From an uncultured Acidobacteriota bacterium (GTDB lineage Bacteria; Acidobacteriota; Thermoanaerobaculia; UBA5066; Gp7-AA6): a stretch of DNA of 53,111 nucleotides. The translations under genes were made by a program, and so were the position numbers. The notes beneath the pieces are model-generated. The model saw only the letters and a program-made list of their open reading frames with translations, made no database searches and was not told where the DNA came from. This document shows, piece by piece, positions 46,110 to 53,111 of this stretch. Position 1 is the stretch's first letter. Each line of letters opens with the position of its first letter. The DNA is taken from the NCBI GenBank assembly GCA_963764715.1, contig CAVXTP010000025.1, forward strand, positions 1 to 53,111. The letters run 5' to 3'.

Positions 46110-47834
46110 CTAGCGGCGCTTGAAGTACTTCTCGAGCTCGACCTCACCCATCGCCAGGACGACGGGGCGGCCGTGGGGGCAGGTGAAGCGGTCCTGGGTC
46201 TTCGACCAGTCCGCGATGAGCCGCCGGATCTCTTCCGGCGCGAGATGGTAGCGAATCGTGACCGCGGAACGGCAGGCGACGCTCGCGGCCAGCCGGTCGC
46301 GCCGGATCGCTTCGTCGCCCGGGCCGGCCTCGGCCAGGGCCGCGAGGGCCGCGTGCAGCGTCTGGCCCGGATCGCGGTCGGTGGCCTCGGCGGGAAGCGC
46401 CGCGATCGCGTAGGAGCTTCCCGACATCGGCTCGATCTCGAAGCCCGCGGCCGACAGGTCGGCCATGCGCGCGGCCAGCGTCTCGGCCTCCTCCGGAGTC
46501 GCCTCGAAAAGGACCCGCAGGAGCAGGCGCTGCGAGAGCATCCTCCCGGAGGCGATGCGGTCGCGGATGCGCTCGTAGAGCGTGCGCTCGTGGGCGGCGT
46601 GCTGGTCGATGATGAGGAGGCCCTCGTCCCCGGAGGCGACGATGTACGACTCCCGGTGCTGGCCGATCGGAAGAATCTCGGGAGCGCGCGGCGCCGGCTC
46701 CGGCGGCGGAGGCGCTTCGGCCGGCGGCGGCGCGGGCGGGACGCCGACCGGGGAGCCGGGAGGCGCGGCGAACGGGTCGCGGTAGGGCGCAGCACCCTCG
46801 GCCACGACGCCGCCCGAGGGGACCGAACGCAGCCGCCGTTCCTCCTTTCCGGCGAGAAGCGCCGAATGGAGCGAGTGATAGACGAGCCGGAACGCCGTCG
46901 CGGGATCGGCGAACCGGACCTGCGTCTTCGAGGGCGAGACGTTGACGTCGACCGCTCCCGGCTCGGCCGTCAGGAAGAGGAAGACGCCGGGGTGGCGGTC
47001 GATCCGGATCGCGTCCTTCGAGGCCTGCGTGATGGCTTTGGAGAGCGCGCGGTCCTCGACGGGCCGGCCGTTGACGAAGAGGTACTGGTAGCGCCGGCTC
47101 GGGAACGTCACCGCGCCCCGCGTCGCGTAGCCGGCCAGGCGCAGGGGACCGGACTTCGCCTCGAAGGCCTCGAGCTCGCCGAGCGTCGAGCGGCCGAAGA
47201 CCTGGAGGATCCTCGAGGCGCGGTCGACGGCGGCCGGCGCGTCGAGGGTCTGCCGGCCGTTGGAGGTCAGCGTGAACGCCACGGCGGGGTTCGACAGCGC
47301 GGCCTTCGTGACAGCGGCCGCGACGGCCCGCCCCTCCGCCTCGGGCGAGGAAAGGAACTTGCGCCGGGCCGGCGTCCGCGCGAAGAGGCTCTCGACGAGA
47401 ACGTCCGTGCCGCGCGGCCTCGCCGCGGGCTCCTCGCCCGGAGCCGCCCCGAACTCGATCCGCAGGCGCACGGCCTCCGGGCTCGACCCGTCCGCGGTCG
47501 TCAGCGTCAGGCGGGCGACCGAGGCGATCGAGGGCAACGCCTCGCCCCTGAACCCGTAGGTCCCGACGCGGACGAGGTCCTCATCCGAGGCGATTTTCGA
47601 GGTGGCGTGCCGCTCGAGCGCCAGGCGCGCGTCCTCGCGGCTCATGCCGGAGCCGTCGTCGCGGACGAGGATCCGGTCTCCCCCGCCGCCGTCGATCTCG
47701 ACGTCGATCCGGGACGCCCCCGCGTCGAGGGCGTTCTCGAGGAGCTCCTTGACCGCCGAGGCCGGCCGCTCGACGACCTCGCCGGCCGCGATGCGATCGA
47801 TGACGGCGCTCGACAAACGACGGATGCGAGGCAT
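46110..47834 (-). CDS. mutL: DNA mismatch repair protein MutL
   Basis: IAAGEVVERPASAVKELLENALDAG, GFRGEAL, DQHAAHER endonuclease motif, ACR, CPHGRP. Confidence 0.97.
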   Translation of the reverse strand: MPRIRRLSSAVIDRIAAGEVVERPASAVKELLENALDAGASRIDVEIDGGGGDRILVRDDGSGMSREDARLALERHATSKIASDEDLVRVGTYGFRGEALPSIASVARLTLTTADGSSPEAVRLRIEFGAAPGEEPAARPRGTDVLVESLFARTPARRKFLSSPEAEGRAVAAAVTKAALSNPAVAFTLTSNGRQTLDAPAAVDRASRILQVFGRSTLGELEAFEAKSGPLRLAGYATRGAVTFPSRRYQYLFVNGRPVEDRALSKAITQASKDAIRIDRHPGVFLFLTAEPGAVDVNVSPSKTQVRFADPATAFRLVYHSLHSALLAGKEERRLRSVPSGGVVAEGAAPYRDPFAAPPGSPVGVPPAPPPAEAPPPPEPAPRAPEILPIGQHRESYIVASGDEGLLIIDQHAAHERTLYERIRDRIASGRMLSQRLLLRVLFEATPEEAETLAARMADLSAAGFEIEPMSGSSYAIAALPAEATDRDPGQTLHAALAALAEAGPGDEAIRRDRLAASVACRSAVTIRYHLAPEEIRRLIADWSKTQDRFTCPHGRPVVLAMGEVELEKYFKRR

Positions 47835-47998
47835 TCGTCTCATCCTATCGCGCCGGTCCGGCGCGCTTCGTCGCGCCCCGACACCGGCTCGGCGAATACC
47901 GCAGCCGCCTCCGGAGCCGGCGTCGCCCGGCGTTTGCTCGCGACAAAGAGTAGGACGAGAGCCTCGCCGGCGAGCTCCCCCGAAAAGGAGTGGCGAAC

Positions 47999-50900
47999 AT
48001 GTCAAGAAAACTTCCGCGGACGCTCCTGCTCTGCCTGCTCGTGCTCACGGGGCGCCGGCTCGAGGCGCAGTCCGGACCCGACAACGATCCGGACGCCGCC
48101 CCCGGCTACACCAACAGCGTGTTCCATCACGACGCGTTCGACTCGATCAACATCTACAACGGCCAGCTCACGCTGCCGATCGCCCTCGGGCCCTCGTACC
48201 CGATCGGCCCCAGACTGCGGTTCCAGTTGAGCCTCGTTTACAACTCGCGCGTCGACGACTACGGCGCGCCCCTCCCCGGCCAGCAGCAGACGAGCTTCGT
48301 CTACAAGCCGCTCGCGGGCAACTCGTCGCTCCCGATCGGCTGGGAGATGTCGCTCGGCGCGATCAAGTCCTGCCGTCACGGAACCACGACCGCGCCCTGC
48401 TACGTCGCGCCGGACGGGAGCCAGCACCTCTTCGTCCGGAGCCAGGGCAACGGCAAGGTCACGGGCGACGGGAGCCAGTACTTCCTGAAGGGCGCCGGCC
48501 CGTACGAGATGTGGGACGGCGACGGCAACCACTACGTCTTCGACCAGCAGGCGGCCGGCTTCGACGACCCGCTGACCGACGGCTTTACCCACGACTTCGG
48601 GCGCGGCCGCGACGGCTGGTACCTGGGCTCCCTCCGCGATCCGCACGGCAACGGCTACAGCGCGACGTACTGGACGGGGACGCAGCCGCAGTGGACCTAC
48701 GGGACCTCGACCTGCAGCGCCGGAATCACGTCGTTGATGCAGATGCGGGCGCCCTCGGGAACGGGCGGCTGGGTCCCGAAGGACATCCGCCTGCCCTCGG
48801 GACAGTCGATTCACGTGGATCGCGGCCACAACGGCTTTCTCGACGGCATGGTTCTCTCGGCCACGTTTCCGGTCTTCGCCAACGGCGCGGCGACGACGCG
48901 GACATGGTCGTTCGTCTACGACTCGCCGTACGCCGGCTATGCACACTCGTGCGCGACGGGAACGGTGCCCGTCAACCTCCAGCGCCTGAAGGAGCTGAGG
49001 CTCCCGTCGGACCTCGCGGGCTCCCCGAAGTACCAGTTCTCCCAGTCGAGCCTGCTCACGAACCTGACGCTCCCGACGGGCGCCCGGGCCGAGTACTGCT
49101 ACGGGGGCTACGCGTTCTTCCACGGCCGCGCCGGCGCCCTCGCCCCGAACTGTCCGGGGCTCCCGCCGCCCTCGCAGGCCTTCACCACGGTCTCCCCGAC
49201 GGCCTTCCTCTGCGGGACTGCGATCGGAGACCCCGGCCCGCCGATCGAAGCCCGGGCTTCCTGCACCGAAGACAACGAGGCCCGCTGGATGGACTCCCAG
49301 GTCGGCGTCCTCAAGCGCACCGTGACCGAGCCGGTGCGGGGACGCGTCTCGACGACGACCTACACGCAGTACGCGTTCCCGTTCGGCGAGTCCGGCTCCG
49401 CGGCGTCGCCGGGAGAGCCCCAGACGCTCACGGTCGTCGTGCTTCCCGCGACCGACCAGAACGAGGCCGGCTCGCCCGGCCGCTCGCGGGCGCAGGCCAC
49501 CCTCTTCCTGTCGAGCCCGCGCGTCGTGCAGGCGCCCGCGGGAACGACGCGACCGAGCGTGCCCGGCGACCGGGTCGGCGCCGACGTCGAGCAGCGATTT
49601 TTCGAGACGGACCCCAACGTCGCGACGCCGGCCTCGCCCGCCTGCCCCGGCACCTCCGCCGACGCGAAGTTCTGCTCGAGCAAGTCGCTCCGCACGGTCC
49701 GGCGGACCTTCGAGTACGACGATGCCCTCAACCTCGAGGGCAACCGGCGCCTCCAGAGCGAGCGCACGATCCACGGCCCGGGCAACTGCACGAACTGCCC
49801 GTTCCATCTCGTCGCCCTTTCCAACTCCGCCGGCTCGTGGGAGGCAAACGGCCGCCACTACGAGAACGAGGCCCACTCGGGGTCGCTCGGCAACGACAGC
49901 CGCTCCACGTTCACGGACTGGGCGCCGGTCAACTGGTCGACCGGCCCCGACGCCGGCGAAGCCGTGCTGCCCAACCTCTTCGCCGAGCGCCGCGCGGCCG
50001 AGGGGTCCTCGGTCCGCGACGAATACTTCGAGTTCGACGCGACGAGCGGCTTCCTCCGGGGGTCCTTCGTTTACGACGCGGCCCGCGACATCGCCTTCCT
50101 CCGCTGCCGCTACCCGGACGGCGGCGGAAGTGTCGACAAGGAGTTCTCGAAATCCTTCGCGGCCGCGAGCCCGCCGCCGCCGGCGTACTGCTCCCTCAAC
50201 CATCCCGTATTCCCGTCCTCGGTCGGAACGGACGGAGACAGCTTCGGCAAGGACTACGCCTGGCAGAACGGCGAGCTTCTGTCGGCCCGCTGGATCAAGG
50301 GCCCGGTCGGTGCGCCGACCTTTCCGACGCGGAGCTATGCCCGCGACGCCACCACGGGCTGGGTTCTTTCCTCGAGCGACACCGCGGGCCTGACGACCCG
50401 CTACGCCTACGACGCCCTGGGTCGCGTCACGCAGATCACGCCTGCGGCCGCCGGCGAGCTGAAGACCTGGGTCTGCTACGAGGGCCCGAACGCCACGACG
50501 GCCTACCGGGCCGCGTCCGCCCAGGCCTGCCCGGTCCCGGCGTCGAACGCCGGCGCGAAGACCTGGGAGCACTTCGACTACGACGGCCTCGGCCGTCTCA
50601 CGCGGGAGAGGACGGTCCGTCCCGGGGCCGGGGTCGCCAAGCGGTTCCACCTCTTCGACGCCGCCGGCAACGCGTACTTCCGTTCCGAATGGATCGCCGA
50701 CGTCGTGGGCGAGTCCATCGTCGCCAATCTCGCAACGGCCTGCGTCTTTGCGGGCGGCAACTTCCCCACGTCCCGCCCGTCGTCGGCTCCGGGGACCTCC
50801 AGCCTGTGCTTCGACCCCTTCGGCCGCGCGCAGCAGATCGTGGGAGCCAAGCACTCGAGCCTCGTCACGGTCGACCGGCGGGACGGGCCCGTCGTCTACA

Positions 50901-53111
50901 GCGACACGGCCGAGGCGATACTGACCTACTGTCTCAACGGCACGTTCGCGAACCTGCAGTCGGCGGCCTGCTCGACCGGCGGCCTGAACGCGACGACCCA
51001 GGTCCGCAAGGACGCCTTCGGCCGGACGATCACGGTCACCGAGCCGACGGGGGACGTGACGACGTACGCCTACGACGTCAATTCGAAGCTCACCCGCGTC
51101 ACTCAGGGCGCCCAGTCCCGCACCTACGGCTTCGACGCCGCGGGAATGCTGCGCGAGGAGACGACGCCGGAAGGCGGGAAGGTGACGTACGACGCCGTCG
51201 GCACCCTGGGCAACGTCCGGCAGGAATCGCGGCCCGGAAACCTCGTCGTGACCCGCCAGTTCGACTTCGCGGGACGCGTCACGCGCGAGGACGCCGGCGG
51301 CTCGAAGCATGCCGTGCACTGTTACGACGGCTCAGGCGCCTGCGCCGACGGCTCGCCCAACTTCCCGGGCGGCGCGAGCCCCGGCGGAAAGCTGACCCGG
51401 CGCTACGGCTACAACTTCCTTCCCACCGCCGGACCCGTCGTGGACGAGACCTTCGAATACGGCGCTCCGGGAGGCCGGCTCTCGAAGCTGACGACGGCCG
51501 CGGGCAACGGCGGCCTGACCGCGTCCGCTTCGCAAACCTGGACCTACGACGCCCTCGGCCTGCCCGCCTCGCACGCTCATCCCCGGCTCGCGGGCTCCCC
51601 CGCCTTTCCGGTGACGATCGGCTACGGGTACGGGCTTCCCGTCTCGATCGTCGCGAACGGGCAGTCCGTCGTTCCCGCGGCGGCGTACGGGCCGTCCGCG
51701 GCCCTGTCGTCCTGGACCGCCGGGAACTCCGGCACACCCGTCGTCACGACGATTTCGCCCGACGCGAGCCTCCTTCCCCGGCCGGCCAGCATCTCGAACG
51801 CTCTCTGGAGCTCGGGCGCCTACGCCTACGACGGCGCGGGCGACATCCTCAGGCTCGGAGGAAGCGACGCCTTCACCTACGATTCCCGCGCCCGCCTGAC
51901 CTCGGCGCGGTTCGGCTCGGTCAGCCGCGCTTTCGGCTACGACCGCTGGGGCAACCTCACCCGGAACGGCTCGACCGTGTTCACCGTCGACTCGCTCACC
52001 AATCGCGTCACGTCGGGCGGCGCGCAGTACGACGCGCGGGGCAACCTGATCTCGGCCAACGGCGAGTCGATGGCCTGGGATCTCCTCGACCGCCAGTACC
52101 GCAACACCGGCCCGGGCGCCGACTGGGTCTACGTCTTCGCCGGCTCCGGCGAGCGCGTCGCGAAGTTCCCGGCGAAGGTCGCCGTTCTCAGGCGCGAGAT
52201 GGCCCGCTACGTGGCCGAGGCCAACGTTCTCGCGAAGGGCTGGTCGGTCCCGGCCTGCGCCGGATCGTTCGCGGACGTCGACTGCTCGGACCCCGACGCT
52301 CGGCACATCCAGCTCGTCTACGAGAAGAACGTCACCGGCGGCTGCGGCGGCGTTCCGCTCCAGTACTGTCCGGACGCGCCGCTCACGCGCGCGCAGATGG
52401 CGGTCTTCGTCGTCAAGGGTTACAAACCCGACGGCTTCGTGCCCCCGGCCTGCGCGGGAACTTTCCAGGACGTCTCGTGCGCCGGCCCGTATGCGCCGTT
52501 TGCCCCCTGGATCGAGCAGCTCTACCGGGACGGCGTCACCGCCGGCTGCAGCGCCGGCCCGCTCCAGTTCTGTCCCGGCAGCTCCGTCGGCGAATGGGAG
52601 ATGCTCGTCTGGCTCGCGAAAGCCCCCGGATCGACGCCCGGCTCATCCTTCTGGAGCGCGTACCATCCCGTGCCGCGCGGCACGATCTATACTTTCCGCG
52701 ACGACTCCAATCGCATCGTGACCGAGATGGCGGGCGGCTCGACCGGCTCTGCGACGGCCACCCTGTCGGTGACCCGGGACAACGTCTTCCTCGGCAACCT
52801 CCTCGTCGCCTCCTCGGTCGCCTCCCCGGTCGGGTGGCAGTACACGACCTCGGACCACCTCGGCAGCCCCCGCATCGTCTTCAACCAGTCCGGCCAGGTC
52901 GTCGAGACCCACAAGTACTGGCCGTACGGGGAGGACACGACGGGCACTCCTCCAACCCAGCGCCTCGCCTACTGCCTGATGGAGCGCGACGCCGAGTCCA
53001 CGCGCTTCTACGACCACGCGCGGACGCACGATCACGCCCTGGGAAGGTTCCTTTCGCCGGACCGCCTCGGAGGCACGCCCCGGGATCCGCAGTCGTGGAA
53101 CCGGTACGCGT
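47999..53111 (+). CDS. Signal-peptide-bearing Rhs/YD-repeat protein (>1700 aa, C-terminus outside window) with internal SLH-like module
   Basis: AAGGAG RBS, MSRKLPRTLLLCLLVLTGRRLEA|Q; DSINIYNGQLTL...LVYNS; many YD..GR repeats; DHLGSPR..YWPYGE; ends GRFLSPD...DPQSWNRYA in the same frame. Confidence 0.93.
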   Translation, partial: MSRKLPRTLLLCLLVLTGRRLEAQSGPDNDPDAAPGYTNSVFHHDAFDSINIYNGQLTLPIALGPSYPIGPRLRFQLSLVYNSRVDDYGAPLPGQQQTSFVYKPLAGNSSLPIGWEMSLGAIKSCRHGTTTAPCYVAPDGSQHLFVRSQGNGKVTGDGSQYFLKGAGPYEMWDGDGNHYVFDQQAAGFDDPLTDGFTHDFGRGRDGWYLGSLRDPHGNGYSATYWTGTQPQWTYGTSTCSAGITSLMQMRAPSGTGGWVPKDIRLPSGQSIHVDRGHNGFLDGMVLSATFPVFANGAATTRTWSFVYDSPYAGYAHSCATGTVPVNLQRLKELRLPSDLAGSPKYQFSQSSLLTNLTLPTGARAEYCYGGYAFFHGRAGALAPNCPGLPPPSQAFTTVSPTAFLCGTAIGDPGPPIEARASCTEDNEARWMDSQVGVLKRTVTEPVRGRVSTTTYTQYAFPFGESGSAASPGEPQTLTVVVLPATDQNEAGSPGRSRAQATLFLSSPRVVQAPAGTTRPSVPGDRVGADVEQRFFETDPNVATPASPACPGTSADAKFCSSKSLRTVRRTFEYDDALNLEGNRRLQSERTIHGPGNCTNCPFHLVALSNSAGSWEANGRHYENEAHSGSLGNDSRSTFTDWAPVNWSTGPDAGEAVLPNLFAERRAAEGSSVRDEYFEFDATSGFLRGSFVYDAARDIAFLRCRYPDGGGSVDKEFSKSFAAASPPPPAYCSLNHPVFPSSVGTDGDSFGKDYAWQNGELLSARWIKGPVGAPTFPTRSYARDATTGWVLSSSDTAGLTTRYAYDALGRVTQITPAAAGELKTWVCYEGPNATTAYRAASAQACPVPASNAGAKTWEHFDYDGLGRLTRERTVRPGAGVAKRFHLFDAAGNAYFRSEWIADVVGESIVANLATACVFAGGNFPTSRPSSAPGTSSLCFDPFGRAQQIVGAKHSSLVTVDRRDGPVVYSDTAEAILTYCLNGTFANLQSAACSTGGLNATTQVRKDAFGRTITVTEPTGDVTTYAYDVNSKLTRVTQGAQSRTYGFDAAGMLREETTPEGGKVTYDAVGTLGNVRQESRPGNLVVTRQFDFAGRVTREDAGGSKHAVHCYDGSGACADGSPNFPGGASPGGKLTRRYGYNFLPTAGPVVDETFEYGAPGGRLSKLTTAAGNGGLTASASQTWTYDALGLPASHAHPRLAGSPAFPVTIGYGYGLPVSIVANGQSVVPAAAYGPSAALSSWTAGNSGTPVVTTISPDASLLPRPASISNALWSSGAYAYDGAGDILRLGGSDAFTYDSRARLTSARFGSVSRAFGYDRWGNLTRNGSTVFTVDSLTNRVTSGGAQYDARGNLISANGESMAWDLLDRQYRNTGPGADWVYVFAGSGERVAKFPAKVAVLRREMARYVAEANVLAKGWSVPACAGSFADVDCSDPDARHIQLVYEKNVTGGCGGVPLQYCPDAPLTRAQMAVFVVKGYKPDGFVPPACAGTFQDVSCAGPYAPFAPWIEQLYRDGVTAGCSAGPLQFCPGSSVGEWEMLVWLAKAPGSTPGSSFWSAYHPVPRGTIYTFRDDSNRIVTEMAGGSTGSATATLSVTRDNVFLGNLLVASSVASPVGWQYTTSDHLGSPRIVFNQSGQVVETHKYWPYGEDTTGTPPTQRLAYCLMERDAESTRFYDHARTHDHALGRFLSPDRLGGTPRDPQSWNRYA

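Noticed and set aside
47835-48005. MutL start at 48005
   Set aside because: Conserved MutL begins MPRIRRL at 47834, with a -10 box 7 nt upstream.
48002-53035. Minus-strand ORFs 48002-51319, 51332-52306 and 52643-53035
   Set aside because: Antisense shadows of the plus-strand Rhs gene, which the track omits because it has no stop in the window.
1-53111. Prophage, integrase, transposase or known defence genes
   Set aside because: No recognisable motifs found in any frame.

Overview
High-GC bacterial window. Kinase-TolB, Vgb-SLH and Sec-type Rhs proteins suggest Acidobacteriota (Thermoanaerobaculia-like); this taxonomy is inference. Left part (1-12960): a membrane-anchored sigma-54 activator sits divergent from a probable sigma-54 operon (ABM-like protein, two arylsulfatases, beta-barrel, DUF2092-like, Asn-rich and DUF2541-like secreted proteins, OmpA lipoprotein, BASS transporter), ending at tRNA-Asn. 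Three apparent +1 G-run frameshifts occur here. Middle: RNase Z-like gene, queA, a kdp locus with split KdpD, a porin-like gene and small membrane peptides, homocysteine methyltransferase, glnA, Ser/Thr kinase, HD protein, pckA, Vgb-SLH protein, livKHMGF, pcnB (apparent ATC start), speB, ECF sigma/anti-sigma, M20 peptidase and mutL. Right end: a >1700-aa signal-peptide Rhs protein with an S-layer-homology module inserted inside its YD-repeat shell, the most unusual feature. Intergenic DNA holds two related GTAG REP doublets, a CTAG-flanked MITE-like insert, an 87-bp palindrome and heptamer arrays, and many genes look leaderless.
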